Below are positions 1-9,957 of a stretch of DNA of 48,880 nt, piece by piece (position 1 is the stretch's first letter; every line of letters begins with the position of its first letter). The position numbers were made by a program, and so were the translations under genes. Source of the DNA: Mesotaenium endlicherianum (Eukaryota); assembly GCA_009602735.1 (NCBI GenBank), contig WELA01003502.1, positions 1-48,880 of the forward strand, given 5' to 3'. The notes under the pieces were generated by a model that saw only the letters and a list, made by a program, of their open reading frames with translations, made no database searches and was not told the origin of the DNA.

Positions 1-81
1 ATATGGGTGAAAAGAAGGAAAAGAATCAGAAAAACAGATAGAGATAAGCTTGAAAATGAGGCAAATCACTCAATTATATGA
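1..81 (+). CDS. 3' end of an upstream ORF (partial), ...IWVKRRKRIRKTDRDKLENEANHSII*
   Basis: Frame 1 is open from the window edge to TGA at 79-81; the hydrophobic-then-basic end resembles a membrane protein C-terminus. Confidence 0.4.
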   Translation: MWVKRRKRIRKTDRDKLENEANHSII

Positions 82-102
82 TGGCTGTCAGGTCTGCTCT
101 GA

Positions 103-125
103 TTAGTAAACTATAATTTTACTAA
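103..125. promoter_or_regulatory. Inverted repeat TTAGTAAA-N7-TTTACTAA, candidate operator just upstream of the first operon
   Basis: Perfect 8-bp arms at 103-110 and 118-125; a -7-like TAACATTG follows at 128-135 and the ATG at 138. Confidence 0.35.
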
Positions 126-137
126 ATTAACATTGTT

Positions 138-527
138 ATGCGAAGAGTTATCGCCATAATATTATTGCTAGTTTACGCAAATGTTGGTTTTGCCACAACA
201 CTAAACTTTCATTTTTGTAAGGGGCACCTTTCAAAAGTGAGCCTTGTTAATGTCAAGTTTCATTCATCCTGTTGTTGCAAAACTGAAAGCATGACAGATG
301 GTTGCTGCAAGGACAAAATTTTAATATCAAAATCAGATAATCATCAATCTCAAATATCTTCCATTCTGCCCGAGGCTGGCTTTAAAATTCTAATTATTCC
401 CGCTATCATACTTCAAAATGAGCTTCCGTATAACCAACAAGACCTGCAGAATTTATTCTTTTATACAAAGCTTCGAAGTCCTCTCATTGATGATATTTTT
501 ATTGCTGTTTGCAATCTCCGTATTTGA
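138..527 (+). CDS. Small exported Cys/His-rich protein, HYC_CC_PP-like family; putative leader of the Cu efflux operon
   Basis: Signal-like N-terminus, HFC, CCC and GCCKD motifs, C-terminal RSP...DIFIAVCNLRI. Confidence 0.75.
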   Translation: MRRVIAIILLLVYANVGFATTLNFHFCKGHLSKVSLVNVKFHSSCCCKTESMTDGCCKDKILISKSDNHQSQISSILPEAGFKILIIPAIILQNELPYNQQDLQNLFFYTKLRSPLIDDIFIAVCNLRI

Positions 528-540
528 TTTAGCTCATTAA

Positions 541-608
541 GCCGGAAGCACCTCGATGACCTTCAAATGGTTTTCGGTGCCGGCATATTGTCGTCCATCT
601 TCTGATGG
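541..608 (+). other. Two intergenic stem-loops between the leader ORF and the DUF3347 gene
   Basis: GCCG/CGGC (541-544/581-584), GCACC/GGTGC (548-552/576-580) plus inner pairs; second hairpin CCATC-ttct-GATGG at 595-608. Confidence 0.55.
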
Positions 609-648
609 TTGTCACATTTTACCTATTATTCATCTGAAGAAAATAATT

Positions 649-1335
649 ATGAAAAAGCTGTTGGCCGGGTTTGGGGTAATAACAATTCTTGTTATTACAG
701 CCTGTAATAATAATAAACAAAATAATACGCATGACCATAGTATGAATCATGACTCCATGAACCATGATTCAATGCAAATGGATACCATGAAAGGTATGAA
801 ACATGAAGGCATGAATCACAGTAAACAAACTGGTTCAATGACTGATATGAATGACGACATGAAATCATCAGGCATCTATACCAGTAGCACAGACCCTGTG
901 GTCAGAAAATTCATCAACAATATCATTTCCGAATATCTCTTTATTAAAAATGGATTGGCAGCTGATGATAAAATGGAGCCAAAAACAGGCGCTGCTAAAA
1001 TGGCGAGTAGCGTAAGGAAGTTTGATAAGTCTTTTTTCACGGCAAGTCAGAAGAAGGAATTTGATAAATATGCTGATAACATGAATGACCAATTGCAGGG
1101 AATTATTATTGCAAAACAGATTGAAGAACAAAGAGCATTATTTGGTTCATTGTCGCAGCAGGTGTATGAATTGGTAAAGTTGTTTGGAGCAAATCAAATC
1201 TTATACTATGACCATTGCCCGATGGCTTTGAATAATAAAGGTGCCATGTGGCTCAGCGAAACAAAAGAAATTACAAATCCATATTTAGGGAGCAGTATGT
1301 TAACCTGTGGCACTGTACAGGAAATTGTTCAATAA
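649..1335 (+). CDS. DUF3347-domain lipoprotein with His/Met-rich N-terminus (metal chaperone-like)
   Basis: Start reassigned to ATG 649 (MKKLLAG...ITAC lipobox); HDHSMNHDSMNHDSM repeats; C-terminal HCPMA...WLS...NPYLGSSMLTCG signature. Confidence 0.8.
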   Translation: MKKLLAGFGVITILVITACNNNKQNNTHDHSMNHDSMNHDSMQMDTMKGMKHEGMNHSKQTGSMTDMNDDMKSSGIYTSSTDPVVRKFINNIISEYLFIKNGLAADDKMEPKTGAAKMASSVRKFDKSFFTASQKKEFDKYADNMNDQLQGIIIAKQIEEQRALFGSLSQQVYELVKLFGANQILYYDHCPMALNNKGAMWLSETKEITNPYLGSSMLTCGTVQEIVQ

Positions 1336-1366
1336 TATAAACTCATTCATCAATTAATCAGTTGTT

Positions 1367-2647
1367 ATGATAGAGAAATTGATTTCACTTGGGCTTCGTA
1401 ACCGGTATATTATCCTGCTAATTGCAGGCAGTCTTTTTGTGTGGGGGTTTTTTGCCGTAAAACAGAACCCTATTGATGCTATACCTGACCTGAGCGAAAA
1501 TCAGGTAATAGTATTTACAGAATGGATGGGCAGAAGCCCTCAGGTAATGGAAGACCAGGTTACCTATCCGCTTGTAAGTAACCTGCAAGGCATTCCAAGA
1601 GTTAAAAACATCCGTGGCACTTCCATGTTCGGGATGAGTTTCGTCTATGTGATTTTTGAAGATGATGCCGATGTGTATTGGGCAAGAAGCCGGGTGCTTG
1701 AAAAATTGAACTACGCACAACGGTTTCTTCCGCAAGGCATCACACCTACATTGGGCCCTGACGGAACCGGTGTTGGCCATATATTCTGGTATCATCTTGA
1801 AGCGCCTAAAATTGACCTTGGCGAGCAAAGGGCATTACAGGATTGGTATATCAAACTGGCATTGCAGACTGTTCCCGGTGTATCTGAAGTAGCTTCATTT
1901 GGTGGGTTTGAAAAACAATATCAATTAATTATTGACCCTGTAAAACTACAGTACTATAATATTTCCATGATGGATGTTATGAATAAAGTAAAAGCCAATA
2001 ACAATGATGTGGGCGGCAGAAAGTTTGAGATGAGTGATATGGCCTATATCATCCGGGGTCTTGGCTATGTAAAGAAAAAGGAAGATATAGAAGAGATTGC
2101 GCTGAAGAATTACAATGGAATTCCTGTAAGGGTAAAAGATATTGGTACTGTACAGTTGGGGGGAGATTTACGGCTTGGAATCTTTGATGTAAATGGTGAG
2201 GGAGAAGTTGTTGGTGGTATTGTGGTGATGCGCTATGGACAAAATGCAGATAAAGTAATACAGGCCATAAAAGCTAAAATGAAAGAAGTGGAAAAGGGCC
2301 TGCCCGAAGGGGTCAAGTTTAGAATTTCCTATGACCGAAGCACACTTATTGAAGCGGCCATTGAAACGATAAAAGAAAAATTGGTAGAAGAAATTATCGT
2401 AGTATGTATTGTCGTTATCATTTTTCTTTTCAACTGGCGCAGTGCCCTAAGTATTATCATACAGATTCCCATCACCATTGCTATTAGTTTTATTCTGCTT
2501 AATGCGTTTGGCCTGTCGTCTAATATCATGTCGTTAACAGGAATTGCACTTGCCATAGGTGTAATAGTGGATAATGGGATCATCATGTCGGAAAACTCAT
2601 ACCGCAATCTATCAGAATGGCAAAATAATCCTTCACCAGACAAATAA
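1367..2647 (+). CDS. cusA: CusA-type heavy-metal RND permease, N-terminal part (TM1, porter domain, TM2-4)
   Basis: DAIPDLSENQVIVFT, LGPDGTGVG and GIALAIGVIVDNG motifs; ends at TAA shortly after TM4. Confidence 0.9.
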   Translation: MIEKLISLGLRNRYIILLIAGSLFVWGFFAVKQNPIDAIPDLSENQVIVFTEWMGRSPQVMEDQVTYPLVSNLQGIPRVKNIRGTSMFGMSFVYVIFEDDADVYWARSRVLEKLNYAQRFLPQGITPTLGPDGTGVGHIFWYHLEAPKIDLGEQRALQDWYIKLALQTVPGVSEVASFGGFEKQYQLIIDPVKLQYYNISMMDVMNKVKANNNDVGGRKFEMSDMAYIIRGLGYVKKKEDIEEIALKNYNGIPVRVKDIGTVQLGGDLRLGIFDVNGEGEVVGGIVVMRYGQNADKVIQAIKAKMKEVEKGLPEGVKFRISYDRSTLIEAAIETIKEKLVEEIIVVCIVVIIFLFNWRSALSIIIQIPITIAISFILLNAFGLSSNIMSLTGIALAIGVIVDNGIIMSENSYRNLSEWQNNPSPDK

Positions 2648-2653
2648 AAAAAC

Positions 2654-4606
2654 ATGAATAAAATCAATAAATGGTGGAATAAAATGGTGGGCAGAAGTGA
2701 TACCTATCGCCCAATACCCCAGGATGTACGCATTCGTATAATTGAAAGCTCCTGTAAGCAAGTATCAAGAGGCGTATTTTTTTCAACTATAATCATTATC
2801 ACCTCATTCTTACCGGTATTCATGCTCACAGGCCAGGAAGGAAAACTCTTCCATCCTCTTGCCTATACAAAGACATTTATAATGGTGGTTGATGCTATTC
2901 TTGTAGTAACACTTGCCCCTGTGCTGATATCTTTCTTTATGAAAGGACGTTTCAGGCCGGAATCTTCTAATCCTATCAACAGAGTTCTTGAAAAAATATA
3001 TGAGCCACTTATCAGGGGTTGTATCAAATGGCGCAAGACAACTATTGGTATCAATATTCTTGCCCTGGCAATAAGTGTACCGCTGATTGTAAGTCTTGGC
3101 CGTGAGTTTATGCCGCCGTTGGATGAAGGGTCGCTTTTATTTATGCCGGTAACATTACCCGATGTATCAAATTCAGAGGTTAAAAGAATTTTGCAGGTGC
3201 AGGATAAAATCATCACTACTGTGCCCGAAGTTGCTCATGTAATGGGTAAAGCAGGAAGGGCCAATACGGCAACCGATAATTCTCCTATCAGTATGATTGA
3301 AACTATCATCTTACTCAAACCCCGAAGTGAATGGAGAAAGGGAATGACGAAAGAAGATATAATTAATGAACTCAACAGTAAACTGCAAATACCAGGAGTG
3401 ACAAATGGATGGACACAGCCCATCATTAACCGCATCAATATGCTTTCTACCGGCATTCGTACGGACATTGGCTTAAAAGTATATGGCCAGAACCTTGATA
3501 CGATTTACGCCTTTGCTCAAAAACTGAAGAAAGAGCTTGAAGGTATTGATGGTGTGAAAGACCTCTATGTAGAACCAATTACCGGCGGAAAGTATATTGA
3601 TGTAGCTGTGAAAAGGGAGGAAATCGGCCGTTACGGCTTAAGTGTAGATGATGTGAATGCCATTGTGGAAAGTGCCCTGGGCGGTATGCGGTTAACAACT
3701 ACTGTGGAAGGGAGACAGCGTTTTTCGGTAAACGCAAGGTTTGGTCAGGATTTCAGAAATAATATTACTTCACTCAAACGTCTGCAGGTTCAAACCATGG
3801 ATTTTGGACCTATCCCACTGGAGGCTGTTGCTGATATTAAATTAAGCGAAGGCCCGCCGATGATTAACTCTGAAAATGCGATGCTGAGAGGAACAGTGTT
3901 GTTTAATGTTAGGGGCAGAGATTTGGGAAGCACAGTAAGTGAAGCAAGAGAAAAACTGGATAAAATGGTTATACGGTTGCCGAAAGGTTATTTTCTTGAA
4001 TGGAGTGGTCAGTATGAAAATCTTATCCGTAGCGAAAAAACACTAAAGCTTATTCTGCCAATTGTGCTGGTAGTAATATTTCTCTCCATGTATTTCGCCT
4101 TTCATTCAGCAAGGGAGGCTTTTCTTAGCCTGATTACAGTTCCGTTTGCATTAATCGGAGGCGCTTACATCATCTATTTCTGGGGTGTGAACTTATCGGT
4201 GGCGGTGGCGGTGGGCTTTATTGCATTGTTTGGGTTAGCTGTGGAAACAGGCATTGTTATGGTAATTTATCTCAATGATGCCATGCAACAACTTGTAGCT
4301 AAAAAAGGAAACTCAAGAGAAACGATTACAAGGGACGATTTAAAAGAATATGTAATTGCTGGCGCTGCAAAAAGGCTTCGTCCAAAGCTGATGACAGTTT
4401 GTGTGTCATTGTTTGCATTGATTCCAATACTGTGGAGCCATGGTGTGGGAAGTGATGTAATGAAGCCTATTGTACTGCCGATGGTTGGTGGTGTACTTAC
4501 CTCTGCCACACATATATTATTGGTAACGCCATTGATTTTCCTGATGGCAAAAGAATATGAGTTAAAAAAATATGGCAAAATAGAAGTGCTGGAAGTTAAA
4601 CATTAA
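2654..4606 (+). CDS. cusA: CusA-type heavy-metal RND permease, C-terminal part (Cu(I)/Ag(I) type)
   Basis: GQEGKLFHPLA, EFMPPLDEG and RLRPKLMT motifs; Met residues in FMP, SMIE and INML match the CusA three-Met site. Confidence 0.9.
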   Translation: MNKINKWWNKMVGRSDTYRPIPQDVRIRIIESSCKQVSRGVFFSTIIIITSFLPVFMLTGQEGKLFHPLAYTKTFIMVVDAILVVTLAPVLISFFMKGRFRPESSNPINRVLEKIYEPLIRGCIKWRKTTIGINILALAISVPLIVSLGREFMPPLDEGSLLFMPVTLPDVSNSEVKRILQVQDKIITTVPEVAHVMGKAGRANTATDNSPISMIETIILLKPRSEWRKGMTKEDIINELNSKLQIPGVTNGWTQPIINRINMLSTGIRTDIGLKVYGQNLDTIYAFAQKLKKELEGIDGVKDLYVEPITGGKYIDVAVKREEIGRYGLSVDDVNAIVESALGGMRLTTTVEGRQRFSVNARFGQDFRNNITSLKRLQVQTMDFGPIPLEAVADIKLSEGPPMINSENAMLRGTVLFNVRGRDLGSTVSEAREKLDKMVIRLPKGYFLEWSGQYENLIRSEKTLKLILPIVLVVIFLSMYFAFHSAREAFLSLITVPFALIGGAYIIYFWGVNLSVAVAVGFIALFGLAVETGIVMVIYLNDAMQQLVAKKGNSRETITRDDLKEYVIAGAAKRLRPKLMTVCVSLFALIPILWSHGVGSDVMKPIVLPMVGGVLTSATHILLVTPLIFLMAKEYELKKYGKIEVLEVKH

Positions 4607-4610
4607 GAAA

Positions 4611-5288
4611 ATGAAAAGGCATAAAAAATATTCACCTACAGTTCTGATTGTATCAGTCATACTTTTCTCCGCATTTGTTAGCTGTAACCGGAAAGTTTAT
4701 AAAGACATTCAAAGCAACTATGACAAGTCCGCCGACTTTAAACAATATAAAACGTTTGCCTGGCTTCCTGATAAAGATTCTACAGATGCAAAAACTGTTT
4801 TTGGACTGATGCGGAATAACACGATTAATTATTTCACCCACTGCATGGCAGAGCGGGGTTACAAAGCAGATGTTGACAACCCTGATGTTTTATTGGAACT
4901 CATTATCAAAAGCCAAACAAAAGAAATAGAAGACCCGTCTCTTCCAAAACCATTTAGTACAACAACCGTAACAGTATATACTAATCCATACTTGCATCCT
5001 TTGTCAAATCCATTCAAATATAATAAGCCCTTTACTTATAAATATTTCAATTATCCGCCGCAAAAGCAATTGCCAAAGGAGACATACCTGAAAAATTCAA
5101 TAACGCTAAATGTAATTGACAGGCTGCAGCAAAAAATAGTCTGGAGCGGAACTGCTAATGCCGATTTATACGATACTGCTTACCTCCGGATGAACCTGCA
5201 CCCGGTGGTTTACGATATTCTTGAGCAATATCCTGTTAAGCCCTATTACAAACACAGGAACAAAACAAAATCAGTAAACAATTTTTAA
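4611..5288 (+). CDS. DUF4136-like lipoprotein
   Basis: Lipobox FVSC; YDKSADFKQYKTFAW; ITLNVID...VWSG; paralog of 27588-28250. Confidence 0.75.
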   Translation: MKRHKKYSPTVLIVSVILFSAFVSCNRKVYKDIQSNYDKSADFKQYKTFAWLPDKDSTDAKTVFGLMRNNTINYFTHCMAERGYKADVDNPDVLLELIIKSQTKEIEDPSLPKPFSTTTVTVYTNPYLHPLSNPFKYNKPFTYKYFNYPPQKQLPKETYLKNSITLNVIDRLQQKIVWSGTANADLYDTAYLRMNLHPVVYDILEQYPVKPYYKHRNKTKSVNNF

Positions 5289-5304
5289 AATAAACAATTT
5301 TAAA

Positions 5305-5748
5305 ATGAAAAACTATTATATCATAACAATGTCTTTTGTTTTACTGTCTGTATTGCTCTCATGCAATATCAACGGCTCACACAGTAAAGAGACAAAAGGC
5401 AAGTCTTCCGGGCCAACGATTGCTTTTTCTGATACAGTCATCACCAGATTGCCAAATAACCAGGTGTGCATGGTAAATAACCGCTTCCTGAATTCAGATC
5501 AGATTCCGGTTCCGATAAATGGCAAAACATATTATGGCTGTTGTGAGGGTTGCGTTAAAATGCTTAACGAAGATTCAACTTCCCATTATACCTATGACCC
5601 CCTATCAAATGAACAGGTGGACAAGGCAACAGCATTTATAATTGGCAAACCCGGGTCAAAAGAGGATGTCTTCTATTTTGTATCGGAGTCAAACGCAAAT
5701 GAATATTTCAATAAATACCTGAAAAAGACATCAGCTTTAAAACAATAA
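5305..5748 (+). CDS. YHS/TRASH-like Cys-containing lipoprotein
   Basis: Lipobox LLSC; VCMVN...GKTYYGCCEGC; DPLS...VDKA. Confidence 0.7.
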   Translation: MKNYYIITMSFVLLSVLLSCNINGSHSKETKGKSSGPTIAFSDTVITRLPNNQVCMVNNRFLNSDQIPVPINGKTYYGCCEGCVKMLNEDSTSHYTYDPLSNEQVDKATAFIIGKPGSKEDVFYFVSESNANEYFNKYLKKTSALKQ

Positions 5749-5773
5749 ATTAATTACTCAAAATTCTTCAACT

Positions 5774-7267
5774 ATGAAACGCAGAGATTTTATTAAAAAC
5801 ACTGGCATTGGAGCAGGTAGTGTTCTTACTGCTGGTTCATTTATGAGCCTTTTGGCCTCATGCAATAAAAATAGCATGATGGGTGGAAATATGAATATGG
5901 GTGGTCAACCGGTACCGGTAACAGAAGGAAGCTTCACCAGACTGCTGCCCATTCCAAACACTGTAACTGGTACTACGTCTTTGATTGCACAGGCTACCAA
6001 TACCAATATAAATGGTAACGGCTTTTCAGTCTTAGGCTACCAGTCAGGAGGCATATTGGGCCCAACTATCCGTGTCAACACTGGCACAAACGCCAATATA
6101 AATTTTCAGAATAATCTTTCGGAGAAAAGCAATATCCACTGGCATGGCTTAAAAATTCCTGATGATATGGACGGACATCCGGAAGCCATTGTAAATTCCG
6201 GCAGTAGTTTTAATTATCAGTTTGTCATCAATCAACGGGCTGGATTAAACTGGTATCACCCTCATCCGGATGGAGCAACAGCAAGACAGGCTTTCCAGGG
6301 ATTAGCAGGATTATTTATTGTTAATGACACAGAGGAAGCAGCCCTCAACCTGCCATCTGGTATTTATGAAGTTCCATTGGTGATTCAGGATAAGAGGCTT
6401 ACTTCATCTGGCATTGCATACAATCCCACTTCAATGGAAGTAATGACAGGTTATATGGGTGAAACCATACTGGTAAATGGAGAAGCATCACCATTTACGG
6501 AAATAGCAACACGATTTTATCGTTTGCGAATATTGAACGGCTCTAATGCACGGATTTATAATCTTGGGCTAAGCAACAATGCTGATTTAATAATTATTGG
6601 TAACGATGGAGGCCTGTTAAAAAAACCTGCCACTGTCAAGAGTATTTTATTGTCGCCGGGTGAGAGATTAGATGTATTGGTAAACTTTTCCGGACTTTCA
6701 ATAGGCTCTGAAATATTTTTAGAGAACAAAATGTTTGACAATGCTGGAAGTGCCCAGGGAAAACAAGGGTTTAAGATTCTGAAATTTAAAATAACACAAA
6801 CAGTAAACGACACTTTCAATGTTCCTGCCAGTCTTTCGTCTATTAATTCAATACCGGCAACAGCCGCTACCCGAACAAGAAACTTTGTACTGAACGTAAT
6901 GCAAATGAGCGGCGGCATGAATATGACCGGTATGCACCAAATAAACGGGAAGACGTACAACAAAAGCCGCATTGATGAAACCGTGTCGGCTAATGCAACG
7001 GAAATATGGGAATTTGACAATTCACAGGGCGATGAACCACATCCTATTCATCTTCATGGAGTACACTTCCAGGTACTGGAAAGAACAGGTGGCCGTGGCC
7101 AATTGTTAGCCTCTGAAAGCGGTTGGAAAGATACTGTTCTGCTCTTGCCACAGGAAAAAGTAAAATTGATTATTCCCTTTGCATCCTTAACCGGGGTTTT
7201 TGTTTTTCACTGTCACAACCTGGAACACGAAGATGATGGAATGATGCTCCAATATCAATTGAATTAA
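5774..7267 (+). CDS. Multicopper oxidase (CueO-like), Tat signal with lipobox
   Basis: MKRRDFIK signal and LLASC; copper motifs [25 protein letters not shown]. Confidence 0.92.
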   Translation: MKRRDFIKNTGIGAGSVLTAGSFMSLLASCNKNSMMGGNMNMGGQPVPVTEGSFTRLLPIPNTVTGTTSLIAQATNTNINGNGFSVLGYQSGGILGPTIRVNTGTNANINFQNNLSEKSNIHWHGLKIPDDMDGHPEAIVNSGSSFNYQFVINQRAGLNWYHPHPDGATARQAFQGLAGLFIVNDTEEAALNLPSGIYEVPLVIQDKRLTSSGIAYNPTSMEVMTGYMGETILVNGEASPFTEIATRFYRLRILNGSNARIYNLGLSNNADLIIIGNDGGLLKKPATVKSILLSPGERLDVLVNFSGLSIGSEIFLENKMFDNAGSAQGKQGFKILKFKITQTVNDTFNVPASLSSINSIPATAATRTRNFVLNVMQMSGGMNMTGMHQINGKTYNKSRIDETVSANATEIWEFDNSQGDEPHPIHLHGVHFQVLERTGGRGQLLASESGWKDTVLLLPQEKVKLIIPFASLTGVFVFHCHNLEHEDDGMMLQYQLN

Positions 7268-7278
7268 CCAATAATTAC

Positions 7279-8652
7279 ATGAAAAGACTATTATTACTAA
7301 GCGGCTTTTTTTTGACAATCATCACTGTTTCCTGTAACAACAACAAAGGCCCTCATTCAGGACATACTACAGATGTTGCAAAGGAAATGTACACCTGCCC
7401 CATGCCGGGAGATTCAGTATTCAGTGATAAGCCCGGTAAATGTCCTAAATGCGGAATGGGGCTTGTTAAGATGAAGCAAGGTAATCATCAGCACAACGAC
7501 GGCAATCAAACAGAAGTTTATACCTGCCCCATGCATCCGGAAATCATCCGGGATAAGCCGGGGAAATGTCCCATTTGTGGTATGGACCTGGTAAAGAAAG
7601 GTGGAGCAGTGGATAATTCGTCAGATTTGAATATTGATTTTTTATTACAGCCTACGAATGAATATGTTTTATCCTCCATACCCATCACATCACTTCATTC
7701 AGCCAATGAAGAAATTGAAGTTGAGGCACTGGGCAAAATAGCTTATGATACAAAACAGGTGGGAACAATTTCAGCAAGGGTATCTGGCCGTATTGAAAAA
7801 TTGTATGTACGCTACCGCTATCAGAAAATAACAAGCGGTCAAAAGGTGATGGAAATATATAGCCCGGAAATATTAACAGCACAGCAAAATCTTCTGTTTC
7901 TCTTAAAGAATGACATTGAAAACACTGTTTTAGTAAATGCTGCTAAAGAAAAGTTATTGTTATTGGGCATGAGTCAGGAACAATTAAATGATGTAATAGA
8001 AACAAAGAAAGCCGCCTTCACCATTTCTGTGTATAGCAAGTACAGCGGACACATACATGAAGCTGGTTCGCAATCTATGCAAAAGGAGCTTGGAGAAATG
8101 AGAGATATATCCCTTCTTACCGAGGAATTGCCGTTGAAAGAAGGAATGTACGTTCAGAAAGGTCAGACGGTTTTTACTGTATATAATCCAAACCGGGCCT
8201 GGGCTATTCTTAATTTTTATGCCGATAAGCAAGGCCTCATCCGTCAAGGCAGTCCTGTACGTATAGTACCGGAAACGGCGCCGGATAAAGATTTCAGAGC
8301 AACAATCAATTTCATTGAGCCATTTTATCGCCAGGAAAGCAAGACCGTTACAGCAAGAGTTTATTTTGATAATTCCATCTTGAAGATTCCTATCGGCAGT
8401 CAGGTTAAGGCCACAATTTTCGGAAACAGCCGTGAAGCGAACTGGCTTCCGGTACAAGCAGTTGTTTCGCTGGGATTGGATAAAGTAGTATTTATAAAAG
8501 ATGGTATCGGTTTCAAAGCTTACAAAGTAAAAACTGGTATTACTTATAAAAATAGAATCCAGGTTTTAGAGGGTTTGTCTGCGCATGATTCTGTTGCAGC
8601 AAATGCACAGTTCCTGATGGACAGCGAAAGTTTCATTAAAGTAAACGAATAA
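7279..8652 (+). CDS. cusB: CusB-type periplasmic adaptor (MFP) with two N-terminal heavy-metal-binding domains; lipoprotein
   Basis: YTCPMxx...PGKCPxCGMxL twice; [13 protein letters not shown] and other MFP motifs. Confidence 0.88.
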   Translation: MKRLLLLSGFFLTIITVSCNNNKGPHSGHTTDVAKEMYTCPMPGDSVFSDKPGKCPKCGMGLVKMKQGNHQHNDGNQTEVYTCPMHPEIIRDKPGKCPICGMDLVKKGGAVDNSSDLNIDFLLQPTNEYVLSSIPITSLHSANEEIEVEALGKIAYDTKQVGTISARVSGRIEKLYVRYRYQKITSGQKVMEIYSPEILTAQQNLLFLLKNDIENTVLVNAAKEKLLLLGMSQEQLNDVIETKKAAFTISVYSKYSGHIHEAGSQSMQKELGEMRDISLLTEELPLKEGMYVQKGQTVFTVYNPNRAWAILNFYADKQGLIRQGSPVRIVPETAPDKDFRATINFIEPFYRQESKTVTARVYFDNSILKIPIGSQVKATIFGNSREANWLPVQAVVSLGLDKVVFIKDGIGFKAYKVKTGITYKNRIQVLEGLSAHDSVAANAQFLMDSESFIKVNE

Positions 8653-8655
8653 ATT

Positions 8656-9924
8656 ATGAAGAAAGATATTTATACGGCCAGCTTCAATAATTCAATCCCC
8701 CTGCAGTGGAAAGAAGTCATTACGCAGTTTGTTGTTTATCTATTGGCAGTTGTTGTTTTAGGATTATTAGTTAACTCCTGCAAAAGCAAATCAGAAGTAT
8801 CTAAAGACCCGGATATTTATTACACTTGTTCAATGGACCCACAGGTGGTGGAATACAAACCAGGTAAGTGCCCCATTTGTAAAATGGAACTGACGCAGGT
8901 GCGTAAAAGCAAGAGCGGGAATCCACATGAGATACAGCTAAGTGAAAATCAAATAAAACTGGGCAATATCCAGTTAGATACAATCAGTACAGGCAGTATC
9001 GGTGACAAAATGTATCTGACCGCTACATTAAATTTTGATTTATACAAATCCAATTCTGTAAGTTCAAGGGTGCCGGGCAGAATTGAAACGCTATATTTTA
9101 AAAACCTCGGTGATTATGTACATAAAGGCGAAAAGCTCTTTGATATTTATAGTGAAGAACTAAATACAGCCAAACAGGAATACCTGTTGGCCTTGCAACA
9201 ACAGCAAACTCTTAATAATTCATTGATAGATTACAATGAACTAATTCAAAGTGCAAAAAATAAATTACTGCTTTGGGGCCTCACAGAAGTACAAATTGAT
9301 GAGCTTTCAAAAAGCAGAAAAATAAACCCACTCACCTCATTTTACAGTCCTGTTTCAGGATTTATTACCACATTGGATATTAAAGAAGGTGATTACACAA
9401 TGGAAGGTGGAACGATTATGCGACTCGCCGATTTATCTACCCTATGGGCAGAGGCACAGGTATATACTTCGCAATTGGCTGAACTGGACAAGAGCGGAAC
9501 GGCCATTGTTCAGATTCCCGATATGCCAGGCAAAGAATTTACCGGCCGGATTGAATACTTAAATCCGGAAATCAATCCTGATACAAGAATTAATTTGATA
9601 CGGGTTGCTATACCCAATACATCTCAGCAATTAAAGCCCGGAATGCCTGCCTATGTTATTATTAAAGGTAGTCAACGCAGTACACTAACATTGCCCCTGG
9701 ATGCTGTTTTGCGTGACGCATTGGGTGCAACTGTATGGGTAAAATCAGGGCAAAATTCATTTGTAAGCAAAATGGTAGAAACAGGCTTGGAAGCAGAAGG
9801 CAGAATTGAAATCAAATCAGGACTGAAACAGGGAGATATTGTAGTAGTTAAAGGAGCCTACTTGCTGCAAAGCGAATATAAATTTAAGAAGGGAGCTAAT
9901 CCTATGGAAGGTCACAATATGTAA
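8656..9924 (+). CDS. cusB: Second CusB-type periplasmic adaptor with one heavy-metal-binding domain
   Basis: YTCSMDP...PGKCPICKMEL; GRIETLY, IYSEEL, LKPGM; C-terminal MEGHNM. Confidence 0.88.
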   Translation: MKKDIYTASFNNSIPLQWKEVITQFVVYLLAVVVLGLLVNSCKSKSEVSKDPDIYYTCSMDPQVVEYKPGKCPICKMELTQVRKSKSGNPHEIQLSENQIKLGNIQLDTISTGSIGDKMYLTATLNFDLYKSNSVSSRVPGRIETLYFKNLGDYVHKGEKLFDIYSEELNTAKQEYLLALQQQQTLNNSLIDYNELIQSAKNKLLLWGLTEVQIDELSKSRKINPLTSFYSPVSGFITTLDIKEGDYTMEGGTIMRLADLSTLWAEAQVYTSQLAELDKSGTAIVQIPDMPGKEFTGRIEYLNPEINPDTRINLIRVAIPNTSQQLKPGMPAYVIIKGSQRSTLTLPLDAVLRDALGATVWVKSGQNSFVSKMVETGLEAEGRIEIKSGLKQGDIVVVKGAYLLQSEYKFKKGANPMEGHNM

Positions 9925-9957
9925 TCATCTTTTCTTAATTACAGTAATAAGTATTTT

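Noticed and set aside
556..648. N-terminal extensions in the ORF track (556, 16887, 27543, 37791, 43990, 45218, 48317)
   Set aside because: Downstream ATGs give proper signal peptides or family N-termini and A-rich contexts; several extensions cross hairpins, promoters or neighbouring genes
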